Origin: Bacteroidota bacterium
GTDB taxonomy: Bacteria; Bacteroidota; Bacteroidia; UKL13-3
Length of the DNA: 64,000 nucleotides
Direction: 5' to 3'
Assembly: GCA_947460345.1 (NCBI GenBank)
Contig: CANHGM010000002.1
Coordinates: 113,504 to 177,503, forward strand
A program made the position numbers and the translations under genes. Under the pieces are notes generated by a model. The model was not told the origin of the DNA and did no database searches. It worked only from the letters and a program-made list of their open reading frames with translations. Shown piece after piece: positions 10,364 through 21,100 of this stretch (position 1 is the stretch's first letter; every line of letters starts with the position of its first letter).

Positions 10364-13006
10364 ATGCTGAATAAAATTATTTTAATCAATACAAAGGTTT
10401 ATCAAAAAGCAGAAATAAATATAGGTGATTGCGATTCATTACAACTTGTTGGGCCTAACAACGTAGGCAAGTCTACTTTGATATATGCACTCAATTTTTT
10501 GTTTGTAATCGATGGCAACAAAATGACATTTAGTGGCCAGAGAAGAGGAGACAAAGAAACTTTACACCATTATTTTCCTTCTCCAAATCAAAGTTATATT
10601 ATGTTTGAAATATTCAAGAAAACATATTATACTATTTTAGTTAAACGTGATACTGAAAGTAATTTAGAATATTATAAAATTGACCAAGCATACAATAAAG
10701 ATTTTTTTATTGATGTAGATAGCAAATTGTTAAAGTTTGAAGAAGTCAAAGAAAATTTGCTGAAGAAAGGAATAGCACTTCATGAATATAAAGATAAACG
10801 TGAAGTGTTTATGGATGTTTATCAAAGAGGCAGAAAGAATAATGGTGTAGTATGGCTAGATGATAAAGTGAGAATGGATGGGTTAAGCAACAATTTTTCT
10901 AAAATATATCGATATTTAATTAACACCAAGCTTATCACAAACAAAAATCTAAAAGAAGCTCTTTTAGTAGCTGACAATAGAGAAGCGGAAGAGTTGAATT
11001 TTTCTCAAAAACATAAGAAAGACATCACTGATTTATCTAAAATAAACAATGAAATTAGAAATGTAAAAGCTGTAAGAACTGATTTTGAAGAGTTTAGAGA
11101 AGCAGTTAGTCAGTATGCTGCCAGAAACCAAGCAATTGGTGAATTGTATTACGCATTTAACAAACAATATGAAGATGCTTTGCCCATATTGCAAAACAGT
11201 TTGATAAAAGAGAAAAGCGAAATGGACAGAATTCGTATTCATATAAACGAAGACCTGATGCCAAAGCAAGAAGAACTAACCCGCAAACAAGGTAAGAACG
11301 AAGCAGAGATTGAGAATAAACTATTTCAATTACAAGAGAAAGAAACCAAGTTGAAAATCATTAATGGGTATGAAGGGGTTCCAATGTTAGACTCTATGCT
11401 AGCCAATTATGACAAGACTAGAAAAGAAATTGAAAGTAGAATAACAATGGTTGATATACAGAATTTGACTGTTCAATCATTAGAAAATAAAATCAAAACT
11501 GCACAAGAAAGGAAAACAATCATAGATCAACAGATTAAAAACTTCAAAAATTTGTTGATACATAATATTGCAGATAAAGAGTCAGACAGAAAGTTGTTAA
11601 ATACAATTTTTTCAGAGCAAGTTAGTAGTTTGCCTGTTGATAGAATACTGAATAAGATAAAAAAGACTTCTAAAAGATTAAACTTATTTGATGGTGAGAT
11701 AGATATTTCAGATGGTTTGGTTTTGAAAGATTTAAAAACCGTTGAAGAGTTAAAAGCTGAACTAGCAGACTTTGCTTTAGAGTTAGAGCAAAATAAAATG
11801 CTACTAAAAGTGGTTATTGACAAACAGAAAACACAAGAAGAGCTTGAGGAAATTCTGAGAAAAATTGAGGAAATCAAGTTTAAATTAGCTGAGCTTAAAA
11901 CAAGACCTAAGCTCGAAGACAGTATTAATAAACTTAAAGATGAGTCAAAAGAACTTATACAAGCTAAAAACGAGTATGAGAAACAAGCTATAGTTTTAAA
12001 GAAAGAAATTGAGCAACAGCAGTTAAGACTAGAAGAAGCAAGAAATAATAGAGATAGATTTGATAATAGATTGACGGAGTTGCAAAACGCTAAGCAAGAA
12101 TTAGAGAGTTTTGGATTAGCATGCATTGAGTCTGAAAGTGAGCTAGATTTAGACAGAATATACAAACGTATAAAATTACAAATTGAAGATAGGAACAATA
12201 TCAAGTCTAGAAAAGACCATTTGTTCCAAAAGTTAAGAGAAAAGTTATTGAGCAATTTTGCTAGTGAAAATGAATTCATCAAGTTTTACGACGAAGAAAT
12301 AGGATTGATAGAAAGCAAGGAGAGAAGTATAGAAGGTTTGTTGCAAAGTATAAGTACACAATTTGCCAATCCAGCTCATACTTTAATGAAAAGATATGAG
12401 GAGTTTAAAGAATTTGTGACCAATAACTTTAACAATAAACTTGGCAAGACACGCATATCAGACATTGAATCGTTAAGAATTGAATTGATTGATAACAAGA
12501 AGTTGATGGAAGAGTTGAAGAAGATTAGTCAAATTCAGGAAGTAAAAGGCCAATTGATGTTTGATTTTGACCAGAGCGAAAACTTGAAGATTCTGAATCA
12601 TTATTTGGATACCGCTAAGAAAATTAAGTTTGAAGACTTATTCGATATGACCTTGCATTTAACCAGAAAAGGTCAAAGCAGGCCAGTTGATTTGAGTGAG
12701 CAAATAGAGAGTGATGGAACAGATAAAATGATAAGACTTGTGATTGTGATGAATATCATTAATAGATTGGCAATAACTGATGAAGAAAACAAAATAACTT
12801 TGTTTGTGGATGAGGTAGCAACAATTGATAAACAAAATAGACCTGAGTTGGTAAGGTTTTGCAGAGAGCATCATTTTATTCCGATTTTTGCTGCACCAGA
12901 CGCAGTACCAGGTTTTGGTAAGTATTATTTTATATATCCTTCTGCTGGTAAAATAAACATTAACGAAAATCATCATGCAGTATATGCTGAAAGTTTGGCC
13001 AATTAA
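10364..13006 (+). CDS. SMC-family ATPase, MksB/JetC-like
   Basis: Walker A GPNNVGKST, long coiled coils with a central break, degenerate signature ESDGT and Walker B LFVDEVATID. The N-terminus resembles Pseudomonas MksB (from memory). Confidence 0.85.
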   Translation: MLNKIILINTKVYQKAEINIGDCDSLQLVGPNNVGKSTLIYALNFLFVIDGNKMTFSGQRRGDKETLHHYFPSPNQSYIMFEIFKKTYYTILVKRDTESNLEYYKIDQAYNKDFFIDVDSKLLKFEEVKENLLKKGIALHEYKDKREVFMDVYQRGRKNNGVVWLDDKVRMDGLSNNFSKIYRYLINTKLITNKNLKEALLVADNREAEELNFSQKHKKDITDLSKINNEIRNVKAVRTDFEEFREAVSQYAARNQAIGELYYAFNKQYEDALPILQNSLIKEKSEMDRIRIHINEDLMPKQEELTRKQGKNEAEIENKLFQLQEKETKLKIINGYEGVPMLDSMLANYDKTRKEIESRITMVDIQNLTVQSLENKIKTAQERKTIIDQQIKNFKNLLIHNIADKESDRKLLNTIFSEQVSSLPVDRILNKIKKTSKRLNLFDGEIDISDGLVLKDLKTVEELKAELADFALELEQNKMLLKVVIDKQKTQEELEEILRKIEEIKFKLAELKTRPKLEDSINKLKDESKELIQAKNEYEKQAIVLKKEIEQQQLRLEEARNNRDRFDNRLTELQNAKQELESFGLACIESESELDLDRIYKRIKLQIEDRNNIKSRKDHLFQKLREKLLSNFASENEFIKFYDEEIGLIESKERSIEGLLQSISTQFANPAHTLMKRYEEFKEFVTNNFNNKLGKTRISDIESLRIELIDNKKLMEELKKISQIQEVKGQLMFDFDQSENLKILNHYLDTAKKIKFEDLFDMTLHLTRKGQSRPVDLSEQIESDGTDKMIRLVIVMNIINRLAITDEENKITLFVDEVATIDKQNRPELVRFCREHHFIPIFAAPDAVPGFGKYYFIYPSAGKININENHHAVYAESLAN

Positions 13007-13018
13007 TAACGAGTTGTT

Positions 13019-13858
13019 TTGAATCAAACGGAAAAGAACATATATACAAGATTGAAAAACGGAGAAAAGATTAGTAAAACACTAATTCCTAAAACAGTCT
13101 TTAATTCTACATTTTTTGAGAATATACTCAATGTGAAATTTATCCTCCAAGAGAAATCAGGAAGAGGGAGTATATTCTTTGTCAATAAACAAAAAGAAAA
13201 AGAGTTTGAAGAGTTCTATAAAAACAAGTTTCCTGATACATTTTCTAAACCATGTCAGAACAGAATAGAATCAACTGCTCAATTTAGAAATTCAAAAACA
13301 AGAACAAAAAGCCAAGACTCTATTTTTTTCTTAAGGGGAAGACATCTAACAATTAATGGTCAAGAGGTTAGCCCTATAAGTTATGAAAAAAAGTTTGGCG
13401 TTTTTGCAGTGAACAATGCCACAATAAGTGCAGATAAAATCTGTATCGTAGAAAATTTATCTGTATTTATGAGAGCAGAATCACTTTTGGGAAATGAATT
13501 TATATATATGATGAAATACGGAAGAGTTGGAAAGAATGATTTGATGAATATAGATTCTAATGAACTTTTGGTTTTTAATGATTATGACGAAACAGGAATA
13601 ATTGAGTTTTTAAGAATCAAGGAGAATAAAAACAATGCAACGTTTTTTATACCTAAGAATTTTAATGAGCTTCATAATAAATACTCTAGTGAAATTACCA
13701 AAGATTACAGAAATTATAAGTTAATAGAAGAATTAGTTGATTCAGATTTGAAAGATATTTTATATTTGAATAAAACAACTAATAGATTCTTAGAACAAGA
13801 ATCTTTGCTTATAAATATACAAAGTCAACAACAAACAGAACAAGTACATGCAAGCTGA
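13019..13858 (+). CDS. Toprim-domain nuclease, MksG/JetD-like
   Basis: ICIVENL (Toprim Glu) and FNDYDETG (DxD-xxG) as in topoisomerase VI-A/JetD C-terminal domains; C-terminal LEQE. TTG start. Confidence 0.7.
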   Translation: MNQTEKNIYTRLKNGEKISKTLIPKTVFNSTFFENILNVKFILQEKSGRGSIFFVNKQKEKEFEEFYKNKFPDTFSKPCQNRIESTAQFRNSKTRTKSQDSIFFLRGRHLTINGQEVSPISYEKKFGVFAVNNATISADKICIVENLSVFMRAESLLGNEFIYMMKYGRVGKNDLMNIDSNELLVFNDYDETGIIEFLRIKENKNNATFFIPKNFNELHNKYSSEITKDYRNYKLIEELVDSDLKDILYLNKTTNRFLEQESLLINIQSQQQTEQVHAS

Positions 13859-15038
13859 ACCTAAAACCATACTCAATTTCTTAGCCACTCACTTTGATGC
13901 ATTGGTGTTTTTGTTTGAAAAGCAAAACAATGAAGGTAGTATTCATCTTAGAACTTTCAGAGAGTTTGAGGAAGAATTTGGACATATAGAGCAACAACTT
14001 TTTAGTTATAAGATATTACGTAAAATAGGTGAAGATGCTGAGTTCAGCGGTGAGATATATAACTTATTTCAATTTGTATTGAAGGAGTTTAAACCTATGT
14101 TGCCTGAAACTATTGAGAAATACAATAGCAGTATCAGTAATTTGTTTAGGTTGATTAGAGATGGCATTAATGGTGATAAACTAATATTGGCAAAACGAAT
14201 AGATGAACTATATAGCGAAGCTTTTTCTTTTGTTGAATCAGTGGAGAAAAACACGCTGAGATTGTTGGCTGAAACCAGAGAACTTAAATCAAATGTCACA
14301 AAAATTGACTATAAACAAAAAGTAGAGAAAGCATCTTTTTGGATTGATTATTATATACAACCTTTAAATAATATATTAGACATTAGTCATGCTCAAAGTA
14401 TAGTAAACAAACTGTTAGATATTTCAAATTTCATCAATATCAAGCGTTTAAATTTCCATGACGAAACCATTAGAAAGCAATTTGAAAAGTTGTATTTTTT
14501 TCTTATACAATCAAACCATGATTTGTTGTATCAATCAAAAATATTGACCAATGAGCTTTTACCGTTAATTGAACGTATCAGAACAGAGAGCTTGATACTT
14601 ACAGGATGGATTGAGTTTTTAAAAATACCAAATAAAGTTGAGGTTCCTAAACTTCTTAAAGTGTTAAGAGACAACCCATATAGCGATGAAATGTACTACC
14701 ATGCTAAAGATTTTGTGATGCAGTTTCAGAATATTGAAGACATTATAATTTCTGAAGAATTAGTTGAAACAGATATGTGGATTTTTAATAAAGAAAAATA
14801 TAAAGAAGATTTATTAAATAAAATGCCTGTGAACGACTTTTTTGAATGGGCTATAGAATCGTTGAACAAAGAATATAAAATGGCTGAAACAGAGAAGTTG
14901 TTTTCTTTAACATCACTATTGTTTGAAGATGATTTTGATAAAGAGTTTGATCCAATGAATAAACATGTATTCATTCAAACAACCCAGTTAAAACTAAAAG
15001 TACCTAAAATAAAAATATATAAACATGGAATATCCTAA
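13848..15038 (+). CDS. Kleisin-like subunit, MksF/JetA-like
   Basis: About 400 aa and mostly helical. N-terminus EPKTILNFLATHF recalls the Pseudomonas Mks kleisin. Overlaps both neighbouring genes. Confidence 0.65.
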   Translation: MQAEPKTILNFLATHFDALVFLFEKQNNEGSIHLRTFREFEEEFGHIEQQLFSYKILRKIGEDAEFSGEIYNLFQFVLKEFKPMLPETIEKYNSSISNLFRLIRDGINGDKLILAKRIDELYSEAFSFVESVEKNTLRLLAETRELKSNVTKIDYKQKVEKASFWIDYYIQPLNNILDISHAQSIVNKLLDISNFINIKRLNFHDETIRKQFEKLYFFLIQSNHDLLYQSKILTNELLPLIERIRTESLILTGWIEFLKIPNKVEVPKLLKVLRDNPYSDEMYYHAKDFVMQFQNIEDIIISEELVETDMWIFNKEKYKEDLLNKMPVNDFFEWAIESLNKEYKMAETEKLFSLTSLLFEDDFDKEFDPMNKHVFIQTTQLKLKVPKIKIYKHGIS

Positions 15039-15585
15039 ACAGCATAAAGATATAGTTTCAGATTTGATGGCAGGAAAATTCTTGCTTCGCAATGATTTTA
15101 ATTTTGATATTTTAAAACAAAATAAAGATTTTTACACTAGTTTTTTTAAAGAGAGTTTTAACTATGGATTGCAGCTAGAATCTGAGTTTGCTTACCTTAT
15201 AAGTTTTGAAACTAAAGAACAACTTTCTAGAGATATATGCATACTGATTGCGTTACTAAGTTATGAGCTAGACAAAGACGGAAAAAACTTCATGGACCAA
15301 TTGAGTTATGCTTTGTTTGAGTATGACCAGATTGATAAATATTTCGAAGGCTCGTCCTATCAAGAACTGATTAAGTCTAATAAACAATTAAAAGATGTTG
15401 AGTCTAGACGAATGTTCTATAGAACTTTATCTAACAGGAATATCATTGAAAAAGAAGGTGAAAATCAATTTAGATTTACATCAGCAATTAAAGTTTTTAT
15501 AGATTTTGCAGTTGATTTTGCACAAGGTAAACTTGAGCAAGCAACAGTATCAATTGATGAAGACACAAGTTCTATTGACGAGTAA
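15025..15585 (+). CDS. Kite-like subunit, MksE/JetB-like
   Basis: 186 aa with L..GKFL...D...L.Q....Y..FF...F.Y.L.....FAYL, as I recall for MksE, and an acidic tail. Last gene of the block. Confidence 0.65.
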   Translation: MEYPKQHKDIVSDLMAGKFLLRNDFNFDILKQNKDFYTSFFKESFNYGLQLESEFAYLISFETKEQLSRDICILIALLSYELDKDGKNFMDQLSYALFEYDQIDKYFEGSSYQELIKSNKQLKDVESRRMFYRTLSNRNIIEKEGENQFRFTSAIKVFIDFAVDFAQGKLEQATVSIDEDTSSIDE

Positions 15586-15590
15586 AGTTC

Positions 15591-16787
15591 TTAAACTTTT
15601 TCGTATATAATTGCCATTCCTTGACCTACGCCTACACACATGGTTGCTAAACCATATTTGATATTTTGTTTATGCATAGCATGAATTAAAGTTGTAGAAA
15701 TACGTGCTCCACTACAACCCAGCGGGTGACCAATAGCTATAGCACCACCATTAATATTTATTGTATCAGGGTTTAGTTCTAAATCTTGAATACAAGCCAA
15801 ACTTTGACTAGCAAAAGCTTCATTTAGTTCTATTAGGCCTAAATCTTTAATTGATATACCAGCACGTTTTAATGCTTTGTTGGTAGCAGGTACAGGCCCT
15901 ATACCCATAATGGCTGGGTCAACCCCTGCAGAGGCAGCAGAAACTACTCGAGCTAGTGGTTTTAAGTTGTGTTTTTTGACAAAATCTTCAGAAGCTAAAA
16001 TCAATGCTGATGCACCATCGTTAACCCCTGATGAATTGCCTGCGGTAACAGAACCATCTTTAGCAAAAGCAGGCTTCAATGCTGAAAGGGCTTCAAGCGT
16101 TGTTTCTCTTGGATGCTCATCTTTAGTAAATATCATAGGGTCACCTTTCTTTTGAGGTATTGAGACTTCCACTATTTCATTTTTAAAGTTGTTTTGACTG
16201 TGAGCAATTGCATATTTAAGTTGAGAACTTAAAGCAAATTTGTCTTGCATCTCACGTGAAATGGCATATTTTTTTGCGACATTTTCAGCTGTTTCGCCCA
16301 TGCTGTATGGATGATATAATTCAGCAAGTTTTTTGTTTGTAAATCTCCAGCCAATAGTGGTATCAAATATTTCAGGAGCTCTTGAAAAAGCAGCATCAGC
16401 TTTGGCCATAACAAATGGTGCCCTTGTCATACTTTCAGTACCTCCAGCTATATATAAGTCGCCTTCACCCATAGCAATAGCTCTATAAGCATCTGTGATG
16501 GCTTGAAGACCCGATGCACAAAGTCTGTTTACTGTATTACCACCTATGTTTATAGGCAATCCTGCTAACAACAAAGCCATCCTAGCTACATCTCTATTGT
16601 CTTCGCCTGCTTGGTTTGCGGCTCCTAAAATTACATCTTCAGTAAGTGAAAAATCAATGTTTGGGTTTCTAGCAACCAATGCTTTTAATACTACTGCTGC
16701 TAAGTCGTCGGGTCTTACTTGTGCTAAAGATCCACCATATCTTCCTACCGGAGTTCTTACAGCATCAATTATATATACTTGTTTCAT
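15591..16787 (-). CDS. Acetyl-CoA C-acyltransferase (PcaF/PaaJ-type thiolase)
   Basis: NRLCASG, GNSSGVNDGA, ELNEAFA, GGAIAIGHPLG and TMCVGVGQG. Confidence 0.95.
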   Translation of the reverse strand: MKQVYIIDAVRTPVGRYGGSLAQVRPDDLAAVVLKALVARNPNIDFSLTEDVILGAANQAGEDNRDVARMALLLAGLPINIGGNTVNRLCASGLQAITDAYRAIAMGEGDLYIAGGTESMTRAPFVMAKADAAFSRAPEIFDTTIGWRFTNKKLAELYHPYSMGETAENVAKKYAISREMQDKFALSSQLKYAIAHSQNNFKNEIVEVSIPQKKGDPMIFTKDEHPRETTLEALSALKPAFAKDGSVTAGNSSGVNDGASALILASEDFVKKHNLKPLARVVSAASAGVDPAIMGIGPVPATNKALKRAGISIKDLGLIELNEAFASQSLACIQDLELNPDTININGGAIAIGHPLGCSGARISTTLIHAMHKQNIKYGLATMCVGVGQGMAIIYEKV

Positions 16788-16866
16788 TAGGTAACAAAGG
16801 TAAAAACTTTATGAACTAAATTGGTTAAAATATTAATTTTGAGTCTACACTCTTATTTTTGCAGAT

Positions 16867-17379
16867 ATGTTTACAAACAAATTGATAAGTTTATGTTTTA
16901 GTGTTGTGTTTTACTTAAATATACATGCACAAAATAATGCTATTCAAGGTATTGGAGGATCTTTCTTTGTTTTACCTAAAGGCAAAGCTTTAGCTATAAA
17001 TTATTCTTATAGAAATAACTTTAAAGACGTCGGAAATGGGAATAGTATTTCATTAACAATAGCACCTAGTGTTGCATTTCATTATGATTTTGTTAGCAGA
17101 GAACAATTTTTAATAGAAGCTCCAATTTTATTTTCATATAATGTGGGATATATGTCTACATCAAGTTCGAAAAACGATTTAGGTTTTTTTATTGGAGCAG
17201 GAGCAGGGTTGCATTATTTACAACATTATGGTTTGGGTTACGGCCCTGAATATTTTATAGGCATTAGAGGTGAACTTGCTAATAAACCTATTGAATTAAG
17301 AGCTAATTACCATCAAGATTTATTTTCAGTAACTTCAGATTTAATTTCTGTCCATCTTAATTTTTTACTCACTAGATAA
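16867..17379 (+). CDS. Hypothetical exported protein, probable small outer-membrane beta-barrel
   Basis: Signal peptide, alternating beta-strand pattern (FFIGAGAGLHY) and aromatic C-terminus. TATTTTTG -7 element at 16854-16861. Confidence 0.55.
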   Translation: MFTNKLISLCFSVVFYLNIHAQNNAIQGIGGSFFVLPKGKALAINYSYRNNFKDVGNGNSISLTIAPSVAFHYDFVSREQFLIEAPILFSYNVGYMSTSSSKNDLGFFIGAGAGLHYLQHYGLGYGPEYFIGIRGELANKPIELRANYHQDLFSVTSDLISVHLNFLLTR

Positions 17380-17405
17380 CCTAAATAGTTTTATATTTGC
17401 AACCC

Positions 17406-17435
17406 TTCAGTCATATTCATTGACTGAATTTTATT
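17406..17435 (+). terminator. Hairpin plus T-rich tail downstream of the beta-barrel gene
   Basis: TTCAGTCA-TATTCAT-TGACTGAA followed by TTTTATT. Confidence 0.5.
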
Positions 17436-17561
17436 TACCATTAAACAAGTACGATATAGCAATAAAATTTACTTTTAATAGTTATTTAGGTTTTACAGGC
17501 ATTATTTTATATTTTTGCTAGAAATTAGTAAAAGCATAAATTATTTGCTAAGCAATAATAT

Positions 17562-18155
17562 ATGATAGCACACTTAGAAGGAAAATTTGAACAAATTACA
17601 CCAACCTTTATGGTTGTAGATTGCAATGGAGTTGGATATGGCATCCATATTTCTCTTAGTACATATGAAAAGTTAAAAGGTCAAAAATCAGGAAGAGTTC
17701 TTACTCATTTGTCTATAAGAGAAGATGATCACGTTTTGTTTGGGTTTGCTGATGAAACAGAAAGAGGTTTATTTAGACATTTAATTTCAGTCACAGGAAT
17801 AGGTCCTTCATCAGCAAGGATGATGTTGTCTAGTTTGTCTCCCAAAGAGCTTTTTTCAGTTATAGCCAATGGAAATGTAGGCTTGTTAAAAACAGTTAAA
17901 GGTATAGGCGATAAAACAGCACAACGTATTATTCTTGAATTGCAAAGCAAGTTGCAAAAGGAAGCAACTTCATCTACCTCAATTTTACCAGGGTTTGCAA
18001 ATATACATGGAGCCCAACAAGAAGCATCTGATGCTTTGGTAACATTAGGATTCAATAGAGCTTCTGTAGAAAAAGCATTAGCTAAAATTGCACAATCTAA
18101 TGGTAACAATCAGAGTATAGAAGATATGGTTAAACAAGCATTGAAAGTACTGTGA
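17562..18155 (+). CDS. ruvA: Holliday junction branch migration protein RuvA
   Basis: GVGY, REDD..LFGF, HhH motifs (VTGIGP, VKGIGDKTA) and ALVTLGF. -7 element TATTTTTG at 17510-17517. Confidence 0.97.
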   Translation: MIAHLEGKFEQITPTFMVVDCNGVGYGIHISLSTYEKLKGQKSGRVLTHLSIREDDHVLFGFADETERGLFRHLISVTGIGPSSARMMLSSLSPKELFSVIANGNVGLLKTVKGIGDKTAQRIILELQSKLQKEATSSTSILPGFANIHGAQQEASDALVTLGFNRASVEKALAKIAQSNGNNQSIEDMVKQALKVL

Positions 18156-21100
18156 TTAAAAGTTCTTTTATAAACTCAAATAGATTTTTTATATTGCTTA
18201 TAATTTTTGTAAGTGTAAAGACTATTTCTTGGACTTCACCTGTAGTATTTAAATCTAAATCAAATACTATAATTGTTCCTGGTGACTCATCAAAATCTGA
18301 TACTTCAAAGTTTAAAGTGAATCCTCAATGGTTTAAGAAGTATAAAAATCCAATAAGTTTAAAAGATCCTTCAAATTTGAAAACTAGTTTTGAATTCGAT
18401 ACTGCTTCAAATAAAGGATATATAAAAAAAACACAATTAGGTAATACTAAAATAAAAGCCAACGAAGAATTAAGCATTGACGAATACAGAAAACAACAAG
18501 AAGATAAGGCAAACAAAGAGTATTTTAAAAAAAGATCTCAAGCTCAAAATTTTGTTAAAAGCGGTGGAGGTTTTTTAGACAAATTCAAACTTGATACTAA
18601 TGATTTATTTAAGAAAATATTAGGTAAAGTAGAAATAAAACCATCTGGTTCGGCTGAGTTAACTTTTGGTGGGAACTTTAATACAGTTAGAAATCCACAA
18701 TTTACAGCTCGTCAACAAAAAAATGGACAGTTTGTCTTTAATCAAAAAATTCAACTAAATGTAACAGGAAGTATTGGTGATCAATTTAAAATTAACACCA
18801 ATTATAATACCGACGCCATTTTTGATTTTGAGAATTTAATGAAAGTGAATTGGCAGGGTAAACCTGACCAAATAGTAAAAAGTGTAGAAGTTGGAAATGT
18901 AAGTATGCCATTGAATGGAACATTGATTCAGGGCGGTATGAATTTGTTTGGTGCAAAAGTGAAATTGCAATTTGGGAAACTGACAACAACTGTTTTGTTT
19001 TCTCAACAAAAAGGTAAGTCACAAGAAGTAGAGCTTCAAGGAGGAGCACAAGTTACACCATTTGATATTCAATGTGATCAATATGACCCCAACAGGCACT
19101 ATTTTCTTACACAGTATTTTAGAGATAACTATGAGACTTGGTTGTCTAGACCACCTTTGGTTCAGAGTCCCATTCAGATAACAAGAATAGAGGTATGGGT
19201 AACCAATAGAACAGGAGCATTTGAAAATGCGAGAGATGTTATAGGTTTTATGGATTTGGGCGAAAATAAAGACGCTTATATATATCGTAAAAATGTAGTA
19301 TCAGCTACCAACACTTTTCCTTCACCAGCCAATGAAGCCAATACACTTTTTGGAAAACTTCAAAATAATTCAAATTTAAGATCAACTTTTTCATGTATAA
19401 AAGAATTAGAAAATAATTTTCAATTTACTGGAGCAAAACAAATAGAAGACTATCAACTGGTAAACTATGCAAGGCAACTTAATGCTTCAGAGTATAGTTT
19501 AAATAGCAGGTTAGGCTATATATCATTAAATCAAGCTTTAAACAATGATGAGGTTTTAGCAGTTGCTTTTGAATATACCATTAATGGCCAAGTGTTTCAA
19601 GTTGGAGAATTTGCGAGAGACCAACCAGCAAATATTCAGAACCCCAATGTCTTGTTTTTGAAATTATTAAAAACTGTTTCAATTAGACCTGATTTGCCAA
19701 GTTGGAAGCTGATGATGAAAAATATATATTCTATTGGAAGCTATCAAATGCAGTCGACCAACTTTAAGTTGCAAGTTGTATATGCTGATGATCCATCAAA
19801 TGCTGATTTGCCATATATTCCTGCTGAAAATGAACCAAACGTAGGAAAGAAAAACTTAGTTCAAGTATTAAACTTAGATAGAATAAATACACAAAACGAA
19901 TTGCAGCCCGATGGACAATTTGACTGGTTAGAAGGTATAACAGTCAATGCACAACAAGGCAGGATTATATTGCCAATGCTAGAACCTTTCGGTGATTTTT
20001 TAAGAAGTAAATTTAAAGAACCCAATGGAACTAATGCTGATTATTACGCCTTTGATGCATTATATGATTCGACTAGATGGGCTGCTCAGCAGCAAGCCCT
20101 TAAGAATAAATTTTTCTTAAGAGGAAGTTTCCAGGGTACTGCAACCAATGAAATTTCTTTAAATGCATTTAATATTCCTAAAGGCTCTGTTAGAGTTACT
20201 TATAATGGCACCCCGTTAAAAGAAGGTGAAGATTACCAAGTTGACTATAGCATTGGTAGAGTAAAAATATTAAATACAGGAATATTAAACAGTGGAGGTA
20301 CTATTAAAGCAAGTTTTGAAAACAATACTGCACTAAGTATTCAACAAAAAACTTTATATGGAACAAGGTTAGACTATAAAATAAATAATGACTTTTTAAT
20401 AGGAAGTACCCTATTACACTTAAGAGAAAGACCGCTTATTCCTAAAGTTGGTTTAGGTGATGAGCCTTTGAGCAATACTGTTATTGGTTTTGATGGGACA
20501 TATAAAACAGAAAGCAGATGGTTGACTAAGATGATAGACAGACTGCCTTTTTTAGCAACCAAAGAAATGAGCAATTTGATGGTTACTGGTGAGTTTGCTA
20601 AAATAATTCCAGGAGTATCTCCAGCTATTAAGCGTTCTTTAGACCCAACTGGTGTTTCATATTTAGATGACTTTGAAGCAAGCGAAACTCCATATGATTT
20701 AAGAGTTCCTCAACAAAGCTGGTTTTTAGCTTCCACGCCTCAAGGAGATATTATTCAAAACAATATATTCAAAGGAGGAGACAAAAAGAATGAGTTGGAA
20801 TTTAGAAACTATGTTGGTAAGCTATCATGGTATACTTTAGATCCGTTGTTTTATAGAGGTGATAATTTAACGCCAACACATATAAAAAATGATGTTGATC
20901 AATTATCAAATCATTATGTAAGAGAAGTAAGAGCAAATGAAGTATATCCCAACAAACAAATACAACAAGGTTACCCTCAAACACTTCCTACTTTTGACCT
21001 ATCATATTTCCCCAATCAAAGAGGACCATACAATTTTAGGGTAAACGATTTAAATGCAGATGGTACTTTTAAAGACCCTCAAAACAATTGGGCGGGTATC

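Noticed and set aside
11527-12282. 251-aa antisense ORF inside the SMC gene
   Set aside because: Ser/Leu/Phe-rich shadow of a Lys/Glu coiled coil. The same applies to the other short antisense ORFs in atp, sprA, rho, lysS, secDF and dnaK.
10364-15585. Lamassu or SbcCD interpretation of the SMC block
   Set aside because: No SbcD phosphoesterase is adjacent and no Rad50 CxxC hook is visible. The partner sizes and motifs fit kleisin + kite + Toprim better.
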